Source: Bacillus sp. V5-8f (GTDB lineage: Bacteria > Bacillota > Bacilli > Bacillales > DSM-1321). From it: a stretch of DNA of 32,000 nt. Below the pieces are notes generated by a model. That model had not been told where the DNA came from, did not search any database, and saw only the letters and a list, made by a program, of their open reading frames with translations. Position 1 is the first letter of the stretch; every line of letters begins with the position of its first letter. A program made the translations under genes and the position numbers. The stretch lies in assembly GCF_002863565.1 (NCBI RefSeq), contig NZ_PGUW01000024.1, positions 229,193 through 261,192 of the forward strand, read 5' to 3'. Below, one piece after another: positions 16,357-25,144 of this stretch.

Positions 16357-17381
16357 TGCCTACCCGAAAATTAACGATTATATTTGTGTTATCTTTGTGT
16401 TTTCTTGTGGCAGTTGGCGGAGGGTACTTTTACATGTATAATATAAAGCCGCTTAATGAGAACATTGAAACGCTGCAAACTTCTATTGTTAATGAAGAAG
16501 AACTAATAAATCAATCATCAAGTGCCACAGATTCTGGTAGCGAGGATATAGTTAAGAAATCTGCGGAACTTCAAAAAAGATTGCCCGTAAGCTCATTGGT
16601 TGATCAGTTCCTTTTGCATTTGGAATCAGCGGAAGCCGCCTCTGGAAGCTTGATCAGAAGTATTTCTTTTAGTGAAAACGATGGATCTAAGTCAGGTACG
16701 GAAGGAGAAACAGGAGATAATCCTGCATCCAAGTCCAGCTCTATGGAAAATACTAGAACTCTAAGTGACAGCACGAAAACAGGTGCAATATACGATAATA
16801 CAGAAGCAATTACTGATGCAAAACTGCCTCCTGGAATCAAAAAAGTGACTGCTACAATGGTTGTCGAAGCTTCGGATTATTTTCAATTAGAGGCATTTAT
16901 AAAGGCGGTTGAAGAACTCCCTAGGATAACCAAGGTGGAAAGTATTGCGTTTTCAGGCAATAGGGAATTGAGACAGGTGTCAGAACCACCTGATAATCTC
17001 CTCTACAATATGACAGTCTCTACTTTTTACTATCCTAGGCTTGATGACTTGAAAAAGCAGCTCCCTAAATATGACGTTCCGGAACCAAGTAAAAAATTGA
17101 ATCCATTTTATCATTCAGAGGCCTCCATTCCATCGCTGGAAGATCAACAAGACAATGCGGCTGTTAATAGTAAAGAAGAAAGCCGGATCGTTGAGAAAAA
17201 CAATAAAAAATATAAAGTGTATATATATGAGGTTATTCCAGGCGATACACTCTTTAAGCTATCTGTAGAATATTACAACAACCGTAAAGGGGAAACTTTG
17301 ATTAAGACGTGGAATAATTTGGACTCGCTTCAATCTGGAATGCAAATTGAAATACCTGTACCTGTCGACGGCAAATTTTGA
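16353..17381 (+). CDS. pilO: PilO-like pilus assembly protein fused to a C-terminal LysM domain
   Basis: Single N-terminal TM then a coiled coil (PLNENIETLQTSIVNEEELI), in PilO order after PilM/N. The C-terminal YKVYIYEVIPGDTLFKLSVEYYNNRKGETLIKTWNNLDSLQSGMQIEIPV matches the LysM pattern. The start overlaps the pilN stop (ATGATG). Confidence 0.7.
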   Translation: MMPTRKLTIIFVLSLCFLVAVGGGYFYMYNIKPLNENIETLQTSIVNEEELINQSSSATDSGSEDIVKKSAELQKRLPVSSLVDQFLLHLESAEAASGSLIRSISFSENDGSKSGTEGETGDNPASKSSSMENTRTLSDSTKTGAIYDNTEAITDAKLPPGIKKVTATMVVEASDYFQLEAFIKAVEELPRITKVESIAFSGNRELRQVSEPPDNLLYNMTVSTFYYPRLDDLKKQLPKYDVPEPSKKLNPFYHSEASIPSLEDQQDNAAVNSKEESRIVEKNNKKYKVYIYEVIPGDTLFKLSVEYYNNRKGETLIKTWNNLDSLQSGMQIEIPVPVDGKF

Positions 17382-17393
17382 CGAAACCTATTG

Positions 17394-17427
17394 ATAACAG
17401 GACGACAAAAGTCTTGTTATTTTTTTT
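17394..17427 (+). terminator. Rho-independent terminator ending the pilD-pilMNO unit
   Basis: ATAACAGGAC (17394-403) / GTCTTGTTAT (17411-20) forms a 10-bp stem with one G-U pair, a 7-nt loop and TTTTTTT at 17421-27. Confidence 0.85.
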
Positions 17428-17475
17428 GGCCTGTATGATAGGATGGGGAAAATGATGGTGAAGGGAGTCTGTGAG

Positions 17476-18489
17476 ATGGACAAGTCCGGTAACCGGAAGA
17501 AGATCACAATCAAAATCAACGGACAGGAGAAGTCGTTTGAAGAACTGGAGAGCGACAGGCCGCTTCCGGAGAACCAAATCGCTGCGGCAGCAGAAAAGCC
17601 GGAAGAAGAAAGCTTTGATTGGGTTCTGCCTGATACAAAAGACGAATATCATATTGAGGAATTTAATGCAGCTGCTTTCAACAAGAAAGGGAAAGCAGAT
17701 ATATATACGTTTGGCGGGAAGCAGAAAAGCAAAGCTGAAACAAAGATCCATGCATTAAAAATGCCTATTATTGCAATACTTTGTGCAATCCTGATAGGGA
17801 CATGCCTTGGTTTCATCATACTAAAGACCATCACAGCAAGTGAAGGAAATACCGTGCCGAGACAGACTGCTCCCATATCGGCTGCACCAGCTAATAAACC
17901 CTCGGCTCCTGAAGAGAAAAAGGAAAAATCCATCCCTTCCCCCCTTACGGCATTTTTAGTACAGGGGGGTGTGTTTAGTACAGAAGTTAGTGCCAAACAG
18001 CTGCAGTTAAGCATCAAGCAAAAAGGGATTCCAGCGGAAATTTTTCAACTAAACGGTAAGTTTTATATTTTCTCAGGAACGGCAGGAAGTTTGGAGGACA
18101 GTAAAGCGTTAGCATCCTTTTATAAACAAAAACAGCTAGCTTTTTTTTGGAAGGAAGTATCATTTTCCCCTTCGATTAATGAAGGGCAAAATGAAACAAT
18201 AAAGGAACTTTCTTCCCTTTATAGTTTCTTATCTCAGACCACCTCAGGACTTTTGAACAGTCCGCAATTCCGCGTCGACCAAAAAAAGCTCCAGGAACAA
18301 TTGTCGGCTGTTGATGAAAAAACAAAGGGAAAATCATCCCGAAATATTTCAACCATGAAAAAACAGCTAACGGCAGCGGCAGAATTGCTTAGCGATGGCC
18401 AGACTTCAAAAGATCAAGAAAAACTACTTTCAGCCCAGGAGCAGCTGCTGGCTTTTTTGAAAAGTTATCAGATGATAAAAAGTGAGTAA
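17476..18489 (+). CDS. spoIIB: SpoIIB-like sporulation septum protein (SPOR-type domain)
   Basis: It occupies the B. subtilis spoIIB slot between comC and maf. It has a charged N-terminus and one TM (MPIIAILCAILIGTCLGFIIL). A SPOR-like segment follows (FLVQGGVFSTEVSAKQLQLSIKQKGIPAEIFQLNGKFYIFSGTAGSLEDSKALASFYKQ). ATG 17476 lies 8 nt after AAGGGAG; the ORF is open from 17443. Confidence 0.6.
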   Translation: MDKSGNRKKITIKINGQEKSFEELESDRPLPENQIAAAAEKPEEESFDWVLPDTKDEYHIEEFNAAAFNKKGKADIYTFGGKQKSKAETKIHALKMPIIAILCAILIGTCLGFIILKTITASEGNTVPRQTAPISAAPANKPSAPEEKKEKSIPSPLTAFLVQGGVFSTEVSAKQLQLSIKQKGIPAEIFQLNGKFYIFSGTAGSLEDSKALASFYKQKQLAFFWKEVSFSPSINEGQNETIKELSSLYSFLSQTTSGLLNSPQFRVDQKKLQEQLSAVDEKTKGKSSRNISTMKKQLTAAAELLSDGQTSKDQEKLLSAQEQLLAFLKSYQMIKSE

Positions 18490-18780
18490 ACTGTCAGTTG
18501 CTGTCCTATTTTCCGGGAAATAACCTCGACCATCGTCGGATAAAGGAATATGAATGAGCATGTAATGAGGCATTTTTGCTTATCATAACTATGTGGAATT
18601 CATACTCCTTTTTAATTGTGGAAAAGATGTTTTTAGATAGAAAGTATGGATTTTTTCATTCTGTAAGCCCTATCAGGGTTACCCATTCGTTTTCTTTATG
18701 AATGATTGTTAGTTGTCCTATAATCTGTTACGATAGAAATGGTATCTCCCAAACTGCTTTTAGTAAGGTAAGGTGAACGT

Positions 18781-19428
18781 ATGAAATCTTTGATATTAGC
18801 TTCTTCATCACCACGGCGTAAAGAACTTCTCCAATTTCTCCAGATTCCTTTTGAAACAATCCATACGAATACGGATGAAAGTATTGATCCACAGCTGGAT
18901 GCCGAAAAGGCGGTTAAAGAACTGGCTGAGCGAAAGGCTATGGCAGCTGCCTTAACATATCCTGGCGATTGCGTGATTGGTGCGGATACAGTTGTAGCTG
19001 TTGAAGGCAGGATTTTAGGAAAACCTGTCGACAGGGAAGATGCGAAAAAAATGCTGCGGATTCTATCAGGAAGGACACATCATGTATACACTGGTGTTGC
19101 GATTATCCAGGGTGAAGGGCGAAAAGTTTTTGCTCAAAAGACGGAAGTAACCTTTTGGGAGCTGTCTGAGGAAGAGATTGAAGCCTACCTCGACACAGGC
19201 GAACCATTTGACAAGGCGGGCAGCTATGGAATCCAGGGATACGGGTCCCTGCTTGTGAAAGGGATTTCAGGCGATTACTTTTCGGTGGTAGGTCTTCCGG
19301 TATCCAGGCTGGCGCGTGAATTAAAAGCCTTCAAAAATTCAAATGTTGTAAGAGAGTATGCCATCTTTCCTAAGGTCATTCTTCCCATAATTAAAGTAAG
19401 AGAGGAAGGATGCAACTATGAGCAGTAA
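18781..19428 (+). CDS. maf: Maf-family nucleoside triphosphate pyrophosphatase (septum formation protein Maf)
   Basis: LILASSSPRRKELL...IGADTVV...DKAGSYGIQG...GDYFSVVGLP closely tracks B. subtilis Maf. It is about 25 aa longer at the C-terminus and overlaps radC by 11 nt. Confidence 0.9.
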   Translation: MKSLILASSSPRRKELLQFLQIPFETIHTNTDESIDPQLDAEKAVKELAERKAMAAALTYPGDCVIGADTVVAVEGRILGKPVDREDAKKMLRILSGRTHHVYTGVAIIQGEGRKVFAQKTEVTFWELSEEEIEAYLDTGEPFDKAGSYGIQGYGSLLVKGISGDYFSVVGLPVSRLARELKAFKNSNVVREYAIFPKVILPIIKVREEGCNYEQ

Positions 19429-20104
19429 AATGTTAATTCGTGATTTCCCTAAAGAGGAAAGGCCAAGGGAACGCTTTTTACAGGATGGACCAAAGAGCCT
19501 TTCTACCCAGGAGCTTCTGGCGCTGCTGCTGCGGACAGGTACGAAGGATGAATCTGTAATTCAACTGGCAAACAGACTAATCAGGGCATTTGAGGGATTG
19601 AGGCTGTTAAAGGACGCCTCCATTGAAGAAATAACAGCAATCAAGGGAATAGGAGAAGCTAAGGCAATCCAGATCCTTGCATCTGTCGAGCTTGGCAGAC
19701 GGATTAGCAGTCTGAGCTACAACGACCGGTATGTCATTCGTTCCCCCGAAGATTGTGCGAACTATTGCATGGATGAAATGCGCTTTTTGTCACAAGAGCA
19801 TTTTGTTTGCATTTACTTAAATACAAAAAATCAAGTGCTTCATAAACAGACTATATTTATCGGCAGTTTGAATGCCTCCATCGTTCATCCCCGGGAAGTA
19901 TTTAAAGAAGCCTTCCGCCGGTCGGCTGCCTCTATAATATGTCTTCATAACCACCCCTCCGGTGACCCTACTCCAAGCAGAGAAGATATCGAAGTAACAA
20001 AAAGATTGGCTGAATGCGGAAAAATAATCGGAATAGATCTTTTGGACCATGTTATTATCGGTGAGCAAAAGTATGTGAGCCTAAAGGAAAAAGGTTATCT
20101 CTAG
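19418..20104 (+). CDS. radC: RadC-family JAB/MPN domain protein
   Basis: N-terminal helix-hairpin-helix region (ITAIKGIGEAKAIQILA) and JAMM motif HNHPSGDPTPSREDI. The maf-radC-mreB synteny is conserved. Confidence 0.9.
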   Translation: MSSKMLIRDFPKEERPRERFLQDGPKSLSTQELLALLLRTGTKDESVIQLANRLIRAFEGLRLLKDASIEEITAIKGIGEAKAIQILASVELGRRISSLSYNDRYVIRSPEDCANYCMDEMRFLSQEHFVCIYLNTKNQVLHKQTIFIGSLNASIVHPREVFKEAFRRSAASIICLHNHPSGDPTPSREDIEVTKRLAECGKIIGIDLLDHVIIGEQKYVSLKEKGYL

Positions 20105-20249
20105 ACTATCAAAATCTTTGACGATACGATATAATATTGTTTATGATTTTTGAGGGGAAATGTTTAATAACCTTCTTTTTGTTAAAATCACTAAACCTTT
20201 AAATTGAATCCTTACTATAAAGCAATTGTGGATGAAAGGGAGATACCTA

Positions 20250-21269
20250 ATGTTAGGAATTGGTACAAGAGATGTTGGAATAGATTTAGGAACAGCTAAT
20301 ACGCTCGTTTATGTAAAAGGGAAAGGCATTGCAGTAAGGGAACCTTCTGTAGTAGCCTACCAGACTGATACGAAAAGCATTGTCGCTGTAGGCAATGACG
20401 CAAAGAATATGATCGGTCGTACACCTGGTAATGTAGTGGCGCTACGCCCGATGAAAGATGGAGTCATCGCCGATTACGATACAACCGCAACTATGATGAA
20501 ATACTATATGAAACAAGCGCAGAATAAAGGTGTTTTCGCCCGTAAACCGTATGTGATGGTTTGTGTGCCATCCGGGATCACGGCTGTTGAAGAGCGTGCT
20601 GTTATCGATGCGACAAGGCAAGCTGGAGCCCGCGATGCTTACACGATTGAAGAACCATTTGCCGCGGCAATCGGTGCCAACCTGCCAGTTTGGGAGCCTA
20701 CAGGAAGCATGGTAGTTGATATCGGCGGCGGAACAACAGAAGTGGCGATCATCTCCCTCGGAGGAATTGTGACAAGCCAATCCATTCGCATCGCCGGTGA
20801 TGAAATGGATGATGCGATCATCAGCTATATCCGCAAGAATTATAATCTGATGATTGGCGACCGAACAGCAGAAAATATTAAGGTCGAGATCGGTTCAGCC
20901 GGGGACCCTGAAGGCATCGATAATATGGAAATCCGCGGACGTGATCTTTTGACAGGGCTACCGAAAACAATTGAAATCACGGCAGAAGAAATTGCTAAAG
21001 CGCTGCATGATACTGTCTATGCAATAGTAGACTCAGTCAAGAATACATTGGAAAAAACTCCGCCAGAACTTGCTGCGGATATCATGGACAGGGGAATCGT
21101 GCTGACAGGCGGCGGTGCTTTGCTGCGCAATTTGGACAAGGTGATTAGCGAAGAAACGAAAATGCCTGTCCTTATCGCGGAAAATCCGCTTGATTGTGTT
21201 GCCATTGGTACAGGCAAAGCCCTGGAGCATATCCATTTATTCAAGAACAAAGCAAGGCACATGAGATAA
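20250..21269 (+). CDS. mreB: rod-shape-determining actin homolog MreB
   Basis: Near-identical to B. subtilis MreB from [26 protein letters not shown] onward. ATG 20250 lies 7 nt after AAAGGGAG. The extension in the ORF track (from 20226) is unlikely to be real. Confidence 0.95.
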   Translation: MLGIGTRDVGIDLGTANTLVYVKGKGIAVREPSVVAYQTDTKSIVAVGNDAKNMIGRTPGNVVALRPMKDGVIADYDTTATMMKYYMKQAQNKGVFARKPYVMVCVPSGITAVEERAVIDATRQAGARDAYTIEEPFAAAIGANLPVWEPTGSMVVDIGGGTTEVAIISLGGIVTSQSIRIAGDEMDDAIISYIRKNYNLMIGDRTAENIKVEIGSAGDPEGIDNMEIRGRDLLTGLPKTIEITAEEIAKALHDTVYAIVDSVKNTLEKTPPELAADIMDRGIVLTGGGALLRNLDKVISEETKMPVLIAENPLDCVAIGTGKALEHIHLFKNKARHMR

Positions 21270-21434
21270 AAACTTTGAAAAAGAAAAAAGCCGTGCTCTA
21301 ACCTAAAACGGGACTCCTTTGGGTGTTAATGATTCCATCAAAGGGGCATTCCCGTTTATCTGTGTGTTCAATTTTTTTTCTGAAAATGCGGGTTGGTTCG
21401 ATTCGGCAAGTCCGGAATAATAGAGGTGTAAACC

Positions 21435-22319
21435 ATGCCACAGTTTTTAAATAAAAGATTAATATTATTGCTGGCAAGTATTATCGTTCTCGTGGCATTG
21501 ATTGGATTTTCGTTAAGAGAGAGGGAACAGCTGTCATGGCCTGAACAATTTTTAAAGGATACGGCAGGGTGGTTCCAAAATGTTTTCCATAAACCGGTTT
21601 CAACCGTAACGGGGTTTGCCCGTAATCTTAGCGATCTTCAGCATACATATGAGGAGAATAAGAAATTGAAATCCCGGCTGGATGAATACGTGAAATTAAA
21701 AACGGAGGTTCAGGATCTGAAGAAGGAAAATGAGGATATGCGCAAAATCCTCGGAAAAGAAAATGATAACCTCAGAAAATCTTCCCACATCCAGGCGACT
21801 GTAATTGGGCGTAATCCATCCCGTTGGCATGAAGTGATCACTATCAACAAGGGAACCCTGCACGGTGTCAAGCCAAACATGGCGGTCGAAACATCCGGTG
21901 GCCTTATTGGTAAAGTCAAGAGTAGCAATAAATTCACATCCTCCGTCCAGCTGTTAAGCTCGATGGATCCGAAGAACCGCATTTCGGCGATCATTCAGGG
22001 AAATGAAGATGCGTATGGTGTGATCGAAGGTTATGATCAGAAGACGCAGCTAATCCTTTTAAAACGCATTCCTTTTGATAAAAAAGTCCAAAAGAATTCA
22101 AATGTCATTACATCCGGATATGGCGGTATCTTTCCAAGAGGGCTTGTCGTTGGGAAGGTTGTGGATGTGAAAATAGACCAGTATGGCTTAAATCAAACAG
22201 CTTATATCAAGCCTGCAACAGATTTTTATGATATTAGAAACGTGATGGTCGTTAAGCGTGACATCCAGGCTGCTGACGAAGAACAGTCTGCGGGGCAGGA
22301 GGGGGATGAAGGTCAGTGA
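21435..22319 (+). CDS. mreC: rod-shape-determining protein MreC
   Basis: N-terminal TM, a coiled coil (ENKKLKSRLDEYVKLKTEVQDLKKENEDMRK) and MreC beta-domains (SSVQLLSSMDPKNRISA...ITSGYGGIFPRGLVVGKV). Confidence 0.9.
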   Translation: MPQFLNKRLILLLASIIVLVALIGFSLREREQLSWPEQFLKDTAGWFQNVFHKPVSTVTGFARNLSDLQHTYEENKKLKSRLDEYVKLKTEVQDLKKENEDMRKILGKENDNLRKSSHIQATVIGRNPSRWHEVITINKGTLHGVKPNMAVETSGGLIGKVKSSNKFTSSVQLLSSMDPKNRISAIIQGNEDAYGVIEGYDQKTQLILLKRIPFDKKVQKNSNVITSGYGGIFPRGLVVGKVVDVKIDQYGLNQTAYIKPATDFYDIRNVMVVKRDIQAADEEQSAGQEGDEGQ

Positions 22320-22834
22320 GCCGCTTCATTCTTCCTGTTACTGCTTTGCTTTTCTTTATCTTTGAAAGCATTTTTGCCAATTTATTTTCCGGCGGGCTGT
22401 TCGGCGGCGACCACATTTATGTCCCCCGTTTTATTATGGTATTTATTACATTCCTGACCATATATGGTTCAAAGAGGACGGGTGTTTTATATGCCTTAGT
22501 ACTAGGGATTTGTTATGATGTAGTCTATACGGAAATTTTAGGAATCTATACATTCTTGCTTCCGACGCTTGCCTATCTTCTTTCAAAAACGATGAAGGTG
22601 CTGCAGTCCAATTTACTCGTTACAATCTTTGTTGCTACTTTATTCGTCGGTCTCTTGGAAGTGGCTGATTTTCAGATAAATGTCCTTATTCATTTCGCTG
22701 ATATGGAATATCCAGAGTTTGCTAAAATCAGGCTGTTACCAACCCTGTTGCTTAATTTCTCCTTCATTATCCTCTGTGCGTTCCCTTTGAGACAGCTGGT
22801 GGAGAAATACGAAACAAAGATGGATTCTATTTAA
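22316..22834 (+). CDS. mreD: rod-shape-determining protein MreD
   Basis: 172-aa polytopic membrane protein. Its GTG start overlaps the mreC stop (GTGA). The position is conserved. Confidence 0.8.
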   Translation: MSRFILPVTALLFFIFESIFANLFSGGLFGGDHIYVPRFIMVFITFLTIYGSKRTGVLYALVLGICYDVVYTEILGIYTFLLPTLAYLLSKTMKVLQSNLLVTIFVATLFVGLLEVADFQINVLIHFADMEYPEFAKIRLLPTLLLNFSFIILCAFPLRQLVEKYETKMDSI

Positions 22835-22931
22835 CAGTTGGTACAAACAGCTTCTCTTTTTCGAGCATGAGAAAAAGGAAATTTGTTAGGCAATGTCGAA
22901 TTATATTATCACCAGAGGTGAATCAGTCGTC

Positions 22932-23615
22932 ATGAATAAAAAATCACAACAGAATATAATGATTAAGGGCACAAAAGACGGGCTAACATTGCATCTCGAC
23001 GACTCATGCTCCTTTTTCGAATTGTTGAATGAGCTGGATACAAAGCTTTCTGCCAACTACCGATTTCAAGAGAACGATCCTTTAATCGCGGTTAAAGTAC
23101 ATACAGGAAACCGATATTTATCAGAGGAACAAAAAGAAAAGATCAGAGATGTTATCCGCCAAAAAAAGAAATTGGTTGTCGACGAGATACATTCTAATGT
23201 CGTGACTAAAGAAGAAGCAAGGCAATGGATCGAAGAAAACCAGATGGCAACAGTCGCTAAAATGGTCAGATCTGGCCAGGTTTTGGAGGTTCCAGGCGAT
23301 TTGTTGCTCATAGGAGATGTTAATCCTGGTGGCACTGTCATCGCGGGAGGCAATATCTACGTGATGGGTATTTTAAAAGGGATTGCCCACGCAGGTACAG
23401 GGGGCAATGAAGAATCGATCATTGCCGCATCGGTGATGAAGCCTGCCCAATTAAGGATCTGTGGAATCGTGAGCCGGGCCCCAGATGGCTACGCAGAGGA
23501 AGGGCATGATATGGAATGTGCCTACATTGATGATAACGGGCATGTCGTTATTGATAAATTGCAAGTATTAAAGAAACATAGACCTAATTTGAATAGATTA
23601 GAAGGGGGACTCTAA
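22932..23615 (+). CDS. minC: septum site-determining protein MinC
   Basis: From MNKKSQQNIMIKGTKDGLTLHLDD it is colinear with B. subtilis MinC (MKTKKQQYVTIKGTKNGLTLHLDD...), and the C-terminal LLLIGDVNPGGTVIAGGNIYVMGILKGIAHAG is conserved. The ORF track start (22893) adds 13 unsupported residues. Confidence 0.9.
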   Translation: MNKKSQQNIMIKGTKDGLTLHLDDSCSFFELLNELDTKLSANYRFQENDPLIAVKVHTGNRYLSEEQKEKIRDVIRQKKKLVVDEIHSNVVTKEEARQWIEENQMATVAKMVRSGQVLEVPGDLLLIGDVNPGGTVIAGGNIYVMGILKGIAHAGTGGNEESIIAASVMKPAQLRICGIVSRAPDGYAEEGHDMECAYIDDNGHVVIDKLQVLKKHRPNLNRLEGGL

Positions 23616-23617
23616 TC

Positions 23618-24421
23618 GTGGGAGAAGCAATTGTTATTACATCCGGCAAGGGCGGAGTAGGAAAGACGACTACTTCTGCCAATTTGGGAACATCATTAGC
23701 CCTTCTCGGTAAAAAGGTATGCTTAGTTGATACAGATATCGGCCTGAGAAATTTAGACGTAGTGATGGGCCTGGAAAACCGAATCATTTATGACTTGGTT
23801 GACGTAGTGGAGGGACGCTGCAAAATCCACCAGGCCCTTGTGAAAGACAAAAGGTTCGATGGCTTGTTATACTTGCTTCCCGCGGCCCAAACAAGCGATA
23901 AATCCGCTGTTAATCCAGAGCAGATGAAGAAGTTGGTTGAGGAATTAAAACAGGATTATGACTATGTAATCATTGATTGTCCCGCTGGCATTGAACAAGG
24001 CTACAAAAATGCAGTGGCTGGTGCCAACAAAGCGATCGTGGTAACTACTCCGGAAACATCCGCAGTCAGGGATGCGGACCGGATCATCGGTCTGCTTGAA
24101 AAAGAGGAAAACATCGAGCCGCCAATGCTGGTCATTAACCGGATCCGGAACCACATGTTGAAAAGTGGGGAAATGCTTGATATCGATGAAATCACGGCCC
24201 ACCTTTCTGTTGACCTAATTGGCATCGTTGCCGATGATGACCAGGTTATCAAGGCTTCCAACCAGGGGGAACCCATAGCGCTTGATCCAAATAACCGAGC
24301 GTCCATCGCATACCGGAACATCGCCCGCAGAATTTTGGGAGAATCTGTGCCGCTCCAGCCTTTAGAGGAGCAGCCAAAAGGTTTTGTAGCAAAAATAAAG
24401 GCGCTGTTTGGCTCCAGATAA
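23618..24421 (+). CDS. minD: septum site-determining ATPase MinD
   Basis: GTG start. (M)GEAIVITSGKGGVGKTTTSANLG carries the deviant Walker A motif. It is near-identical to B. subtilis MinD, including the C-terminal amphipathic helix (FVAKIKALFG). Confidence 0.95.
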   Translation: MGEAIVITSGKGGVGKTTTSANLGTSLALLGKKVCLVDTDIGLRNLDVVMGLENRIIYDLVDVVEGRCKIHQALVKDKRFDGLLYLLPAAQTSDKSAVNPEQMKKLVEELKQDYDYVIIDCPAGIEQGYKNAVAGANKAIVVTTPETSAVRDADRIIGLLEKEENIEPPMLVINRIRNHMLKSGEMLDIDEITAHLSVDLIGIVADDDQVIKASNQGEPIALDPNNRASIAYRNIARRILGESVPLQPLEEQPKGFVAKIKALFGSR

Positions 24422-24430
24422 TTTTTACTT

Positions 24431-24460
24431 GAGTGGATCCGTTGGGATGCACTCTTTTTT
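24431..24460 (+). terminator. Rho-independent terminator after minD
   Basis: GAGTGGATC (24431-39) / GATGCACTC (24446-54) forms a 9-bp stem with one mismatch, followed by TTTTTT at 24455-60. Confidence 0.75.
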
Positions 24461-24545
24461 AGTTACGAAAAAAGAATGTTGATTGCGGCATTGTTGCAAA
24501 AAAGAGGATTTGGTTGCGAAAGCGGAGATTTGACGAAAAAAGTTG
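24461..24545. repeat. Degenerate 19-21-bp repeat array, GTTGCGAAA orientation
   Basis: AGTTACGAAAAAAGAATGTTG / ATTGCGGCATTG / TTGCAAAAAAGAGGATTTG / GTTGCGAAAGCGGAGATTT / GACGAAAAAAGTTGAAAAA. The core is the reverse complement of the core in array 24885..25028. Confidence 0.5.
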
Positions 24546-24612
24546 AAAAATAAAGGATATTACTGAAGCTTGTAGAACTTCAATTTTTATATAAAAGGGG
24601 AGTGAGGAATTA

Positions 24613-24846
24613 TTGATTTCGCAGTTTAGAACAATCCCATTAAGTATTCTAAGCGACGAAGCATTATTACGAAGGCTGCCGATAAATCGTTCGAAACGCA
24701 GTGAAGTTGAGGAAGATTTAATGGAGAATATCTTGGCATTTCCTCAAAGTATACAGTTACACGACTACTTCAATCATTAAATTTTTCATCTACCGGAAAT
24801 GGGAACCATCTACTCGATTGGTCTTGACGCACTTCAAAAAGGATAA
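24613..24846 (+). pseudogene. Decayed remnant of a NERD (nuclease-related domain) family gene
   Basis: RBS AAAGGGGAG plus TTG 24613 opens a 55-codon ORF: LISQFRTIPLSILSDEALLRRLPINRSKRSEVEEDLMENILAFPQSIQLHDYFNH*. The block ...L.ALLRRLP..H.KR..IEEDL... resembles the N-terminus of Bacillus NERD proteins as I remember them. After an in-frame TAA (24778) the frame continues as IFHLPEMGTIYSIGLDALQKG*, which loosely resembles the NERD core (IFH.L.L....FQID.L). Confidence 0.4.
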
Positions 24847-24884
24847 CACCTGATAAAGAGTTATAAATTTTAGCTCTAAGTTAA

Positions 24885-25028
24885 GACTTCGCAACAAAGA
24901 CCAGAAATTTCACTACAAAATCAAAAAAACGCAACAAAGCCTATAAATTTCGCAACGAAAGGTTGTAGTTTCTCAACAAAATGTAAAATATCGCAACAAA
25001 GTTAAAAATCACACCAAATTACAAAGCC
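24885..25028. repeat. Degenerate array of about 20-bp repeats, TTTCGCAACAAAG orientation (7 units)
   Basis: Cores CGCAACAAAG 24890, CACTACAAAA 24911, CGCAACAAAG 24929, CGCAACGAAA 24951, CTCAACAAAA 24972, CGCAACAAAG 24992 and CACACCAAAT 25010, spaced 18-22 bp apart. Confidence 0.65.
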
Positions 25029-25144
25029 TAGGGATTTAGAAACTATATTCCAGCTCCCAATCACCTAGCAACCGCACACCGACTTCTAAAGTTCCTCTCC
25101 AAAGCAATCCATGGAAAAGTTCCCTACCCGATTCATTGCCAGTC

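Noticed and set aside
17302-17751. 149-aa minus-strand ORF spanning the pilO end, the terminator and the spoIIB-like start
   Set aside because: It is antisense to two well-supported genes and crosses a strong terminator, so it is most likely spurious.
18490-18780. 290-bp ORF-free spacer between the spoIIB-like gene and maf, checked for an sRNA or small protein
   Set aside because: It holds only a TATAAT box (18719-24) with a poor -35, a bulged 7-bp hairpin (18663-18682), and tiny ORFs without an RBS. Nothing is specific enough to report as a feature.
19340-19428. About 25-aa C-terminal extension of Maf overlapping radC, considered as a frameshift or fusion signal
   Set aside because: The Maf core is intact up to the usual end (…GLPVSRLARELKAF). 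The extension looks like simple stop-codon drift across the radC RBS, and nothing indicates a disrupted gene.
21306-21357. Imperfect hairpin (AAACGGGA…TCCCGTTT) between mreB and mreC, considered as a terminator or attenuator
   Set aside because: It has an internal mismatched region and no adjacent T-run (the T-run lies about 20 nt downstream). mreBCD are normally co-transcribed. It might modulate read-through, but the evidence is too weak to call.
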